DNA of 64,000 nucleotides. It comes from Carcharhinus amblyrhynchos (taxonomy: Eukaryota). Of this stretch, positions 23,415 to 36,708 are shown piece by piece (position 1 is the first letter of the stretch; the number at the start of each line of letters is the position of its first letter). The translations under genes and the position numbers were made by a program. The notes below the pieces were generated by a model. That model worked only from the letters and a program-made list of their open reading frames with translations, was not told where the DNA came from and searched no databases. The DNA lies in NCBI GenBank assembly GCA_965287045.1, contig OZ336887.1, forward strand, positions 14,632,001 through 14,696,000. Reading direction: 5' to 3'.

Positions 23415-23740
23415 GGAAAGTGCAGAAGGAGGTATTCAGCACATTGAGTCTACACCTACTCTCCAACAGAGCATCTTACCCTGGCAATCCCCCACTCCCA
23501 TGTCTGTAACCCGCTTATATACATGGCCAATCCCCCCCCTAACCTGGACATCCTTGCACACTAAGGGGTAACTTACCATGGCCAAACTACATAACCCGCA
23601 CATCTTTGGACTGTGGGAGGAAATGCACACAGACAGGGGGAGAATGTGCAAACTCCACACTGACAGTCACCCAAGGCCAGAATTGAACCCAGTTCCCTGG
23701 CGCTGTGAGACTGCTGTGCTTCCACTGTACCATCATGCCA
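23415..23740 (-). mobile_element. HE1-like SINE
   Basis: Reverse copy; catctttggactgtgggagg...aaactccacac core. Confidence 0.8.
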
Positions 23741-24089
23741 CCCCAACTTCTGATTGGCTCTCAAAGCTGGAAGACCACTCTGTCTCCAGGCTAATCAAGG
23801 GGACACAATGAAAATCACAATGACACTGTTCCTGAAACTCCTCTCTCCTCAGCCCCCGCAGAGAATGGGGGCACCTTCAAAATCCAGAAGCAGTCGTAGC
23901 TTTTGTTCCTGCTCCATTCCCCTACCACCCTCCCTCCTCCTGGCCCCCCGCAACCGTGAGGCAATGCTAGCCCACAAGAGGTATTGAGAAGTGTAGCTAA
24001 AGAGGAGGAGTGTTTGAAATAGGGGGGGAGAGAAGGAAATAAGGAGGGAATACTAGCTTAAGGTGCAGAAAGCACAACAATCATTTTTA

Positions 24090-24237
24090 AAAATTATTTA
24101 TGATTACCAGTATGCTTACATTAACACTGCAACGAAGTCATTGTGAAAATCCCCTGGTCGCCACACTCCAGCGCCTGTTCGGGTACACTGAGGGAGAATT
24201 TAGTATGGCCAGTGAGAGAATTTAGTATGGCCAGTGA
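24090..24237 (-). mobile_element. HE1-like SINE 3' fragment with a 22-bp tandem duplication
   Basis: acattaacactgcaacgaagt...; gagaatttagtatggccagtga occurs twice in tandem. Confidence 0.75.
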
Positions 24238-24874
24238 AGCTGTGGTAGGCACATTAACCAAAAACACTGTCACAAAATCACTGATATTTTGCCCTCTCTC
24301 TTGTTGGAAAAGATCACGCACAATAGAAAAGAACATTGTAGGCCATGGGAGACTAGGACCCCAAACGTCCAGAGCCCTTTGGGTAAGGTGATGATCTGTA
24401 CTCTGGGGCTGGTTGCAACAGAACCTGTGACACGTGACTTTGCTGGGAACATTGAGGCTGATAGTATTTTCTTACCTTATAGCCCTCCTCAACTCCCAAC
24501 TCCTCATCACCCTGCAGATGGGTAACTCAGTTACTGGAACTGTCCATATCTTAGACGCTAGAAAAACCTTTGTAGAGATGAGTCACTGGAGACAAGTAGG
24601 CAGCAGCCAGGCCAAGGGGAAAAGACAGTTCATGTGCTAGCCTTCCAGAGGATAAGGGCACAGACAAATTCTAATGCAGAGGTCTCAGAGGAAGACTTTG
24701 TTGCAGTAGCAAACAGTGCAGTAAAGTGCTGATGAGAATGCACACTGAGATGCTGGTGCATTGACTGACCTGTCACAGCCTCCCATCATAGTTAAGCAGC
24801 ATGAAAGAGCCTGATTCCAACTTGGCAGAGGAGATGGCGCAGAGCTTGCCTTCTCCACTGTTTCTAGAATCATG

Positions 24875-25187
24875 AATCATGGAACCCCTACAGTTCTGCA
24901 AGAAGCCATTCAGCCCATTGAGTCTGCACCGACCACAATCCCACTCACGCTCTATTTCCATAACCCCACATGTGTATTCTGCTAATCCCCTGACACTAGG
25001 GTCAATTTAGCATGGCCAACCAACCTTACCTCCACATCTTTGGACTGTGGAAGGAAAGCAGAGCACTCGGAGGAAATCCACGCAGACACAGGGAGAATGT
25101 GCAAACTCCACACAGATCCAAGGCTGGAATTGAACTTGGGTCCCTAGCGCTGTGAGGCAGCAGTGCTAACCACTGTGCCACCATACC
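24875..25187 (-). mobile_element. HE1-like SINE (CR1-tail subtype)
   Basis: Full-length reverse copy. Confidence 0.85.
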
Positions 25188-25435
25188 ACCCATCTGTCCG
25201 ATCTCCCTGATTGCCTCCAGACCCATAGGTGCTGTCACCGTAAGTGTTACCATCTTTGTGTGGACAGGTCAGTAAACCCTACTGCCATGAAGATGCTGCA
25301 ACACTTTCTGCTGAATTCACCAACTCACTATAACATCTCTAGAAACATTCCAGGGTGCTGTGAGAGACTTTTCAATAACACAAGCTGTAAATAACTTTAT
25401 CTGCAAGTTGGGAGTCTAGCCCTTTAAATAATGCT

Positions 25436-26220
25436 AGTGGTGAATCCCTCTTGTTCTTTGGAGTGGCAGATTAATATGTTGAGTGCAGTATCACATCAGC
25501 CAGTAAACCTGTTTGACGTCATAATTTGCAATTGGCAGATTATGACGTCCAGGCCACGTATGGCACAATGGCACAGAACCTTCCCAGCATGGAGTGTCGC
25601 TTGGAGCTGTGCCGGAACTGGTAAATACTGCATCCTCTTGAGCAGCCTGCAGGTTCTGTAGCACAGCTCCAACACTGCTACAAATCTGAGTTTCACACCC
25701 TGAAACACCTTTCAGTTGAGTCTATTCAGTTTGGAGAGTAAGAAAAAGGATTATTGAAGTAGAATGTTCAGGGACTGAGGAAGGAAGGAAGACTCCAAGA
25801 CTGGAATATGGTTAGAAAGGGTCCAATTCATATTTTGTAAGTTCTAGTTCTCAGTTTTAGCTGTAGGTTTCTGTTGTGGACTGTTTGTGGTAATGGATTG
25901 GGACTAAGATTGATGGACCTTGAGCCTAGCCCAAGACTGTCAGAATTGAAAGAAAAGCATTTGGAAAGGAGCTGAACACCTTTTCATCAACGAGAGCAAA
26001 CCATTCAAGAGGGTGCACAGTACCTACCAGTTCTGGCACAGCTGAAGCAACACTGCAGGCTGGAAAGGTGCATGCACAGTTGAGCTGTGTACGGCCTGGA
26101 GGCTCCCCAGGCAGAACGTGACATCAAACAGGTTTACTGGCTGACATGATACGCTGTTTAAAAATAGGTGCACTAATATATTCATTTGCCACTCCAAAGA
26201 ACATGAGGGATCCACCATCG
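25436..26220. repeat. Long imperfect inverted repeat (fold-back/MITE-like element)
   Basis: 25436-25520 is mirrored by 26118-26220, and 25605-25641 by 26005-26044. The two ORF-track peptides on opposite strands share PSCSLEWQ and QPVNLFDV. Confidence 0.7.
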
Positions 26221-26425
26221 AGAGCAAGCTGATGCCAAGTGTCGACAGTAGAAGGAATGCATAACAACCTGAGTATCCCCATCCACCCACTCCTCCAACC
26301 ACCATCTGCCCCACCAGTGACAGAGACTGTAGGTCACACATTGAACTCCTCAGGCACCTGAGAACTCACTTTTGCTGTGGAAACAAATCATCCTTGACTT
26401 TGAGGGACTGCCTACGAAGGAGGAT
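26220..26425 (+). mobile_element. RTE-clade LINE 3' end
   Basis: ccaccatctgccccacc...gtaggtcacacattg...cacctgagaactcac, then ggaaacaaatcatccttgactttgagggactgcct: a CxxC..H-type RTE terminus with 3' UTR. Confidence 0.6.
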
Positions 26426-26559
26426 GGATCAACCTAATTATAGACCTACACCAGGTTGTGTTTGACCCACATTCTGTCTTTGAGTGTGATTCTTTGTTTG
26501 GAACATAATTTGTAACACTTACTGTGCCTCACCCACAGTGATGTACAGGTGGAGAAGAT

Positions 26560-27090
26560 ACACTTTATGTTTGGAGGCATAAAGGGTTAAATTATGAAGA
26601 CAGTTAGGTAAATTTAACTTGTGCTCCTTTAAAATAAGAAAATTGAGGAGGGATCTAAAATAAAAAAAAATGAGAAGGGGTCTGAGTGGGTTAACATAGA
26701 ACATAGAACACAGAAAAGTACAGCCCATTGGCCCTCAATGTTGTTACCGAGCTATGTCCGAACCCAAGATCAAGCTATCCCACTCTCTATCATTCCGGTG
26801 TGTTCAAATTATTAAAATTAATATTAAAATAATGTTATAATAATGTTATTAAAATGATAAAATTATTTTCTAGGATAAACATGGAGAAATGATTTCCTTC
26901 GGTGGAGGAATCCAGAAGGAGGGACAGTAATGTTAAAATTAGAGGCAGAGCATTTCAGAGAGAAATTAGGAGGCACCTTCTCATCCAAAAAGTAGCATGA
27001 ACCTGGAACTCTCTTCCCCCGTAAGATATGGGGCACTAGGCTGAGAGAAGCTTTCAAGACTCAGATTAATAACTTTTGTTAGGTAAGGGC
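26560..27090 (+). mobile_element. Degraded CR1 3' fragment with a nested minus-strand CR1 tail (about 26693-26800)
   Basis: ggttaaattatgaagacagttagg...ttgaggagggatcta...; nested aacatagaacatagaac tail. Confidence 0.55.
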
Positions 27091-27333
27091 ATCATTTGCT
27101 CCCAAATACCTCAATATTCAGACAGCAGGAATTACGGGAGACTGGAATAACAAATAGTGTGCAAACCCATTTCGTGTAAGATCTTAAATAGCCATCAGAA
27201 AAATGACTTCTATTTCATCTATTGGCCTGGATTTGAAGCATGGAAACCTGGTGGAAAGAACATTGTGTTCTAATGATGTAGGAGAGTATTTCTCCAGTCT
27301 GACCTCATCTGAAATCTTTCTTTCTCTTTGAAG

Positions 27334-27460
27334 CTGGAAGGATGTATCAAGGGAGAAACTCAAAGTGTTGCCTTGGAAACATCTACTAAAGAAGAAGCAC
27401 ATTGGACATTACAACGCTGCAATGGACCAGTGACACTCCACTTTAAAGCAAACTTTGACG
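27334..27460 (+). CDS. CARD11: CARD11 coding exon (C-terminal part of PDZ)
   Basis: tgaag|CTGGAA...GACG|gtaagc; 127 nt; [42 protein letters not shown]. Confidence 0.97.
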
Positions 27461-30400
27461 GTAAGCAACTTGCTAATCCACAGGGATTGATTGGGCAATT
27501 CGTTAGGTCCAAGAATCCAAAGTAGAGAGAAGGTGAGAGAAAGGGCAGCCACCTTGTAAGCAAATGTTTCCTTTGATATTTCATTCTTGCACCTGGCCAG
27601 TTTATTCAAAACACAATACACTTCACAATTTTTTTCACACAAGCGATATTTATCACAAAATAAAGCACTTTTCAGGCTGTTGCACAGCCACTGTATGTGC
27701 AGCTAGGCCAGAACATTGCTTGTAAGAATGAACTGAAAGACCCTAATTGTCTATTCGGATCTATCTGTTCATGCGCTGTCTGCTATTGTTCATACCCCAA
27801 TCAAAAATATTTTAACCACAATTGGACCTGTCTCTGAAGTGTCTGTTTTGAGTACAATATGGGACACACTGAAACCTCTCCTCAGGTTTCTTAAAAAGCC
27901 CAATATCTAAAGGTCTGTCTTTCTTAGACTCCCATGTCCAAAATCAGTAGATGGAAAATAAGTGGCGTTTTGTGGCAAACTATATTTCACTGCACCACAG
28001 GCCATGTGATCCAAGTTGGAACCCAACTCTGCTGTCATTCTAGGCTAAGACATCAGGCTAGACATAAAGCAGGGAAACAGGGTAGATGATTCTTCTTGGC
28101 ACTGAAATCAAGGCCTGGGTTTTAACCTGGCAGTGAATATTGTGTGGAGGCAGATGTTTTGTTCAGCCCAGAAATCACAGAAGAACATGAGCTGGATTTT
28201 CACCTCTGGGTTAGAAAACACAAGTTGGGACAGTTCCCACATTAGTCAATCCGAACCCGTCAGTTCCTACCATATCTGCCATATTTTTATCTCCGCCATA
28301 CGTGAGCAGGAAAAGTTTGGATCTGCCATCTCTGAGCAGACCTGAGGCAACTTTGGAGAAATGCAGATGCTGAGGCAGGCTGGTTAGAAGGCTCATCTCA
28401 GTCTTGGGGATATCTGTCCACCCACATTTTTCTTACACCCCTTCAAATCCCCACATCCCCTCCATGTCCCTCATCCTCCATGCTCCTAATGCCCACCATA
28501 CAAACTTCACACCCCCGTATAGCCCCAGGCAGTCCTTATGACACCCATATCCCTCATGCCCTTCCCTTTCCCCTCAAACTCCCACACCTTCTCCATGCCC
28601 TCCACCCCATTTATGTGCCATAGCCAATCACCCAATATTCATTATGGACAGACCTCAGGAGCCATATAATATCAGTAGCCTAAATGGATGTGCTGTAAAT
28701 TAAACCTTCAATAATCTAATAAAGCTGCCACTCAAATGCAAAGTAATTGATACTGCACAAAAAAAACTTCACACCCTTTGTCATAAAGTTAAATCATTGG
28801 CAATAATTGGCAAGTGATCATTGGTAAACTCATGCATCTGTTCAGAAATCACACCCAAGACATCCCTTAATCTGTTAAAACTGTCAATCAAACTGTTTAC
28901 ACACCACCCACTGATCAAACGCCTCATCAGATTTTGAAACTGAGCCAAGTTTTCATAATGAGCTCAGCTGTAAAACAGATCTTTACAGCTCCATATGGCC
29001 TGTCATTCAAAGAATTCCAGGATGGCGGCAGGAAGCCCCCAAGATATCGTGAGGAGAATTTAGTTGAGATGGGCTGGTGGTTGAGGTGGCAGGGAGAGCA
29101 GGCAAATTATGGTGAGCTGCTGCTCTTCCCGGCCCATAAGCAGTGCTGGAAAGGCACTCACCCTCATTGGTTCAGTCCCTCTCACCTCTTTTAAGCTGCT
29201 GAAACTCCTAACACTGAGGAAATCCAGCCACTGGGGGTTAAAAATTGCAGGACGGTGAAAATGAAAGGGCCTTATTATAATATTTAAATGATCAAACTGC
29301 TTCCTGCAAGTTTGTCATCGATCTCCCTGACCACCATTAAAATTGAAAATGGGTTGTTTCAAAGCAGGGGAAAATTTTTGTTTCAGATTTTTCTTGCATT
29401 TGACATGACCCCCGACCAACCCGTTCCTGTGTTTGAAAACTCAGTTCCAAAAATCCACAATGATGGTTTTCACAAGGGACATCAGTGAACCTTTCTTTAA
29501 TGCAGCTACAAGATCTTATCTCAATGTCTGCTTATCTGTGAAATTGTCACCTAACTAGTACATTTTGAAACTAAGCCAAGCTTTCATAATGAATTCAGCT
29601 GAGTGTCACATGAAAAAGAGATCAAAATGAACCCTTTCAGACTCCCTGCTGTTGCTATTGGAGTCCATGGAGAAGGAGTAGGATGATATGTAGGTTGAGT
29701 AAAACAATGTGTACCTGGAATAGACAGCCAGTATCTGAGGTGAACAAGGACAGCTGTATAAATGAATGTATACGGTACAAGAACTCCACTGACTAAATAG
29801 ACAGTGCTCAATGACTACCTGAAATTCTCTGCATTGAGTCATAAAATCACAGTTTCCATCTTCTTAGAACCAATGGATGCCATTGGCGGTGATTCGCATT
29901 AGCTCTGGAGGTTCTGCCTCGACATGTTTCACATCGAGTACCAGTTCTTTGTTTGTAAGCGTTAGGCCTGAAGGGAAAAAAGAACAAATTTTATCCATGA
30001 GTGTTTTGAAAATGCTACAGAAAGTTTTGCTTGTGCACTCAGGCATGGATACAATTTTAAGTTTATTAACCTGCAAACCACAATGAATGAAGTTTTAGTT
30101 GCAGGTTGAGGTGTGAAAATCCTTATTAAAGGCTGTATATTGAATTTGATAACGTACACTGGAGCATGAAAATGTTTCTCAAAGGTGAATTGTGGTCACA
30201 CTTTCTGCAGGGAAAACAAGCTGCCCTACAAATCGGGGACAGCACCAGGCAATAAATGCATGCATTCTTTTCAGCCTTTCAGCAGTTAAGTTGGAATGAA
30301 TCAAAATTTAGTGATTGCCAGCGAGGAGCTCCTGAGCTGGCAGTGCTGCTTTGGAAAACAGAACCAGTAGTGCGTACTTTTTCTTTATCTACCTCAAAAT

Positions 30401-30816
30401 GAACTCCTCAAATTTTAGATTCGGAGAACTGGACTGAATGGAAGTCTTAGAATTCCTTTGCTCTGAGGAGGTGCTCAAAGGAAAACTACCTCTTGAACTT
30501 AATTTTCCAGCTGAAACACTTTATGATAAAGTTGGGATGTGTGCAACGGCACGGAACAGTGACACATCACACTTGCGATTCATCAAGCAGAGGTGTTGCG
30601 TTTTTTGACTTTACAGGAAAGTGGTGCAGTCATGTGCTTTGCCAGAAGCAGGGAGGGAAGATTCTATAGGCTTGCCATTCTACAGTGCTGTTAAGTGCCC
30701 TCTGGTTTATTAAGCAATATTGATCGACACCTTGCAGATGGTCCAATCTTTCCTTTTGGGTGGGAGATAATGCTAGATGATGGAGAGGGGGAGGAGGAGG
30801 AGGGTTGGAAATATAG

Positions 30817-31811
30817 GGGGCCATTCTCCCAAAAGTGCTGAATTGGTAGGACAAGTGTTCTGGATCACGACTGTTTTTTCAGTTCAGCTTCTCACTCGAA
30901 TCTTCACACTCTGTGCACTGCAGAGATCACAATCGGGAATCTCATTAAAAACTGGATTTGGGGGGAAGCCTATTCACACTCAAGATTGACAGCTCTGGAA
31001 CTCTGCGTATGCGCAGTAGTCCTGATCTGTCAGTCTCCCCGTTTGCTGGCCGGCGCAATTGCTGGCCAGCCCAGGACCACTGCAGTGCTGCCCCTCCAGC
31101 CACCCCGCCACCCCTGTCCCAGAGCACCCTGATGTCCAGACCCCCCTTCCACTGACCTTCCCCCCCCCCTCACCTCCCTCCCCAGGGGTCAGACCCTCCC
31201 CCACCCCCCCCCCCCCCCCGGGAGCCCCCCAGACCGATCCTCATGCAGAGTGGCAGCGGAACCCCTCCCAACCCCACCAATCATCCCTAGGCCCTGCCCA
31301 CAATGGGCCCCTGCCCCTTGGCACTGCTCGATGCCTGGTGGGCAGTGCCTGGGCATGGGCACTTTGTCTTCTGGACAGTGCTGGGGCACAGGCTGGCACT
31401 GCCAGGGTGCCCATGCCCAGGAGACACCACTCCCCCATCGCCTGACCCGCACCCCCTTAAGGACCCCTTCTTCACTCTGGTCTAGTCTCCCACTAATTCC
31501 CCGAACATGGGGAGCTACCCTAAACGCCGCTGGAATGAAATACTCCTAGCAGGGTGAGAGATACTATGGAGGCCGACATGGAATGGATAATCACATTGAA
31601 ATGACATTTAAATTATATTTAATACATACTCAAATTACTTACCTCACTTCCTGCCGGACGTCTGCGTGTTCCCAGTGGCGCCATTTTCTTCTGGTTGGGA
31701 GATGTGCGCGGGTCATAAATACTTGTGGGGAACCCGCAAAATGGCCGACATGTGCATTTCCCAACCCCACCTGCCAGAAAAATTGTGGGTCGCAATGGGA
31801 GAATCGGGCCC
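30817..31811. mobile_element. GC-rich non-autonomous DNA transposon (PIF/Harbinger-like)
   Basis: Imperfect TIRs GGGGCCATTCTCCC ... GGGAGAATCGGGCCC, internal poly-C and ggcactgcc/ggcagtgcc palindromic repeats. It accounts for the cluster of Pro/Gly-rich spurious ORFs here. Confidence 0.65.
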
Positions 31812-31812
31812 A

Positions 31813-32052
31813 CAGAATCCTACAGTGCAGAAGGAGGCCATTCGGCCCATTGAGTCTGCACCAAGTACAATCCCACCTACGCCCTGTCCCCATAACCCCA
31901 CGTATTTACCCTACTAGTTCCCCCGACACTATGTGGCAATTTAGCATGGTCAGTCAACCTCACCCACACATCTTTTGGACTGTGGGAGGTAACCGGAGCA
32001 CTGGGAGGAAACCCACACGGACACAGGAAGAAAGTGCAAACTGCACACAGAC
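31813..32052 (-). mobile_element. HE1-like SINE, 5'-truncated
   Basis: agaatcctacagtgcagaaggaggccattcggccc... reverse tail and body. Confidence 0.8.
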
Positions 32053-32208
32053 AGAAATAGAAATGTTGTTTAAATTCAACAGAGGTAACTGCTAAGAGGG
32101 AGCAAATTACCAAACTGTGTATGGATTGGGTGATAGTGAGTGCAAACTTCTCTGCCATGTTATAATTGATTAGGAATTGTACATTGTGATCTATGCTTTA
32201 TTCTTAAG

Positions 32209-32449
32209 GTTACAAGAAACTACTAAAAGATTTGGAAGATGGCAGTATCATGTCTGGAGATTCCTTTTACGTTCGAGCCAATCTGAATATTTCTGGACAG
32301 ATAGACAACTGTTCGCTGTGTGTGAAATGCGACGAGATTATCCACGTTTTAGACACTATGCACCAGGGCAAGTGTGAATGGCTGTGTGCTCAAGTCGATT
32401 TATTCACTGACAAAGACTTGGAAAAAGGCACCATTCCCAGTTACTGCAG
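32209..32449 (+). CDS. CARD11: CARD11 coding exon (SH3 domain)
   Basis: ttaag|GTTAC...TGCAG|gtaatt; 241 nt; [30 protein letters not shown]...[24 protein letters not shown](R). Confidence 0.97.
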
Positions 32450-33754
32450 GTAATTAGGATCTGAGTCCAATGGGTCACGCTTAGAAAGGATATTTCAACT
32501 CCAGATAATATTACCATGACAAGCTGCTTTAGACAGTTACATAGGTAAGATGGATATAGAGGGATATGGGCAAATGTGGGCAATTGGGACTAGGTTAGGG
32601 CTTCCAAAACAAAAAGGCAGCATGGACAAGTTGGGCCAAAGGGCCTGTTTTCATGCTGTAAACCTCTATGACTCTGTGACCTTGTCCAGAACAGCAAAAC
32701 CAGAGGATGCAGCCTATGCTAGACAGGGAAAGAGTGAGGGTGTGAATTCACAGATTCCTGCAGAAAGCAAATGGTAAGTCTGTGGAACAGACTCCCTAGG
32801 GGGATGATGGAAGCAGATAGTGTTGACTCATTCAAGTGCAAATCAGATTTATTTCAGAAAATAACATTTTGGGATATAGTATGTGAGTAATTTGAGACAT
32901 AACAAGATAAGTGAAACATGCTTGGGAGAAACAAGGTGACTTTGGATCTATGATTCCGAGAGCTTTCCACCACTGAGACTGTTGTAGTCTGGTAGATAGA
33001 GATTGATTGATGTGATAGGTCAACAATACCAATATTGTTGTAGCATATGACTACCAAGACAAATCTGCTTGTTAAAGATTACTTTATTTCAGAGTGTCAT
33101 TTTGTTCTATATATCGTGATTTTTTTTATTGTAACCGCAAAAAAGTGGATATTTACTTAAAAGGGAAACATTTCCAGGACTATGAGGAAGATGCAAGGGG
33201 AGTGCTCTTTTAAAGAGCTGGCATGTGCATGATCGGCCTCCTGTTGTGCAAGCTGGAGGGGCCTTGATCTTTTTCACTTAGCAATCCATATGCTCCTATC
33301 TTACCACTACCAGAAAACCAGTTGAGGAGCAAATTTCTGGGATGTTTGGTGACACAATTTGGTAAGTACGTTGAACCCTATAGATCAGAAATCTTCCAGG
33401 TGCCATCCCTCCCTTGTCTGCTGTGTTTGCTGATCTCAACTGGAGCAATGTAGCATCAAGGACACAAGAAACAGTAGGGGCAGGTACAGCAAATACCTTG
33501 CTAGTTGGGACATACGAGGTACTTCAACAGATGGGTGCAGTGCTGTGCAGAGTGAAGCTGTACAAACACCATGAAAATGAGTACCAAACATGCTATTACA
33601 TTCATTACTTAAAACAGAAATAGGTTGAATCATGATTGGTAAGGGGATCAAAGGTTACGGGGAAAAGGCAGGAGAATGGGGTTGAGAAACATATCAGCCA
33701 TGATTGAATGGCAGACCAGACTCGATAGTCCGAATGGCCTCATTCTGCTCCTAT

Positions 33755-34040
33755 ATCTTATGGTGTTATTATAGGGAAACACAGCAGCTACTTTGCACAC
33801 AGCAAAGTCCCACAAAACCTGAACACATCTCTGTTGGTCTAGGGTTAAACTGGCCAGGGAAATGCAAAAATGCACCGGCTCTTCTTTAGATATTGTCTTG
33901 GAAGAGCAGGCAGGGCTTGAGTTTAAGTATTGCACTGAAATGTAAGGCGAAATTATGTGCTCAAGGCTTTAGAGTGGGGTTGTACCCATGGCTTCCTGAC
34001 TCAGTGATGAGAATGTTATCACCAAGTAAAGGCTGCCACC
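33755..34040 (-). mobile_element. Deu/SacSINE-like SINE (degraded)
   Basis: Reverse of the 18103 type (tgcacacagcaaagtcccacaa...ggccaggga...gactcag). Confidence 0.55.
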
Positions 34041-36409
34041 TAATAGTGTTGTATTCCTCCTGCAGTTGCCATGTAATCAAAATGTACAGTGCACAATAGG
34101 CTCATAAGATATAAATGTGAACTCTTCAAAATCCAATTTTTAAAATTTCTGCAGAAGGCAGATAGTGCTGAATTCCCAATTATTTCCTCCGTAGCTTGAA
34201 GGAGTCAATCTGTCAACAGTTACAACATGCAAAACACATCACCTTAGTGAAAGTCACCAATAAAGGCCTGTGGAGAAAGGTCAAGTTAGGACAATTAACC
34301 AGTTAGGATGCATTGGATAGCACACCAGAAGAACAACACATCTGGATTGGTTAATGAAAACTGCAGAGCTCGGTTGCCACCCCATCAAAGAGGCATGTAG
34401 AAATTCGGCCCATCATGCCTCTGCCAGCTCTTTGAAAGAACAACCCTATTTCTTTTCCTGGTTGAAACATATTTGAATATTAAAAATGAATGTAGCACCA
34501 TCTAGAGGAAAAGCAAAAGCAGGTCAGCAATTAGAAGCTGAAACAGAATTTAATATTAACTATTTCCTTAGCACCTCATCCCTTTCAAGAATACTTGCAG
34601 TAGAACAGCAATGACTTGGATGAATAGTCTAAGCTCATTAGAAAATGGCCTTGTTCAAACTGACTAAATATCTATTTAGGCATCAGTGTTTTTTTATTAA
34701 TCAATACACCATTTAATGGGAGATATGATTTCTGGTACCTTCCTGGCAAATAGGTGAGAGAAACAACTGAAATGCTAGTGTTAGCAACAAAATAGGTATG
34801 TCTATTTTTTCATTCATTCATGCCCTATATTGTATATATGTAGAGGGAGAGAGAGTGAGGCAATCTGCTTTAAATTCATAACAGCATTTTTTCGGCCATT
34901 GACAAACACATTTCACAAAGTGGCACGTTAAGATTGCACAAAGGGAGGCCATTTAGCCCTTAATGCTTATGCTGGCTCTTTGAATGAGCTATCTAACTAG
35001 TCCCACTTCTCCTTGTTCTTTCCCCTCAGCCCTGCATATTTTTTCCTTCTTGAGTGCTTGCCCAATTCTCTTCTGAAAGTTACTGTTGAATCTATTCCCA
35101 TTGTCCTTTCGCACAGTGCATTCCAGATCACAACAATTCCATTGTGGGAACAAAACTTCTTCTCATGTCCTTTCTGGTACTTTTTTTTCAAGAGCTGGTC
35201 AGAATCATTCTGGTTCAGTGTTGAGTTTATGGAGTGATGAGTGGTCCACTAACACGCATGGAGTCAATACTGAACAACAGCCAGTCAGGCCACATTTTCA
35301 CTGAATCCTTTAGACTGATGTTTCTGATTATGACAGCAAGGTAATGCATTGGTGTAGGATTGTGAAGTCATTGATTAATTGTGTTTCTTTTATATAAACT
35401 ATTGCTTTTATGCCTTTTTGTGTTGCAAACAGTTAGATTTAGTGTGTTGTAGTTATATGTACATGTTGGTTTCCTCTCTTAAGCAGAGTAATTTGTGTGA
35501 GATCACAATTGTGGTCTCCTTGCTGAACTGTTAGCTGATCAAATGAGGTTCAAGATAGTGAGTGTGTGATCGTATCACCCATCCAGACACACAGTCTTCA
35601 CACAATGCCAAATACCAAGCAGCTTAGGCCCACACAGCCTAAGTGCCTTTTGTACTGAAAAATTGCAGTTTCACACTGACACAAAAGAACCTAAACACAA
35701 CTGCAGGATAATGATGCAGCATTTTACTAAGACATTTAGAAGGCATTCCATATGGTTGCAAGAGACTTGTTAGAAAAATTTAGGCGTGTGTGTCAGAGAA
35801 AATGGATAGAAAGTTGGTCAAGAGAAATAAAAAACTAACTTGTATTTTTATAGCATCTTTCAAGGCCTCAGGGTGTCCCAAAGGGCTTTACAACGAATGA
35901 AATATTTCTGAAGTGTAGTCTTTGTATTACATAAGAAAGAAAGAGTTGAGAAGAATGAAGTAAGAAAGATTGGGCGAGATGTGTGCTTAGGGTTAGTGCA
36001 GGATCCACCTTTTGTTCTCGTCTGATGGAAATCTTGGTCTTGGGTACAGGGAACAGAATCTCAACATTTGGTGTTGCAAAGGCAAGAGGTTTTGAAGACA
36101 CTGAAGAGAGATGTTAAAGACTTCATTAACATATAGGCAGGTCCGCAGAATGGAGAAACAACTGCAGAATCAGTTTCATGTGAATGGGAAACAAGCACTG
36201 AAGTACACACTGAATGAAAAAAGCTAAAAGAAGTGAATGGCCCACAGTTGAAATAAATAATCTCCTAAAATGTGCAGATGTGGGTAAATAACATCATAAA
36301 AGGCCCTTAACAATTTTAATTTTTATAAATAGGGCATGGGCTGCAACAATAAGGAAATAACAGTATCTATATAAAGCTTGGGGTTAGGCCTGATTGTAAA
36401 ACTCTTGAA

Positions 36410-36708
36410 GGGATGGCACGGTGACACAGTGGTTAGCACTGTTGCCCCACAGCACTGGAGCCCAGGTTTGATTCCTCACTGTCTGTGTGGAGTCTATGTG
36501 TTCTTCCCGTGTCTGCATGGGTTTCCTCTGGGTACTCCGACTTCCTCCCACAGTCTGAAAGATGTGCTGGTTCGCTGCATTGGCCATGCTAAATTCTCCC
36601 TCCCTGTAACCAAACTGGCACCAAACTAGCGACTAGGGGATTTTCACAGTAATCTCACTGCAGTGTTAATGTAAGTCTACTTGTGACACTAATAAATAAA
36701 CTTTAAGC
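36410..36708 (+). mobile_element. HE1-like SINE
   Basis: Full-length copy ending in gtgacactaataaataaacttt. Confidence 0.85.
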
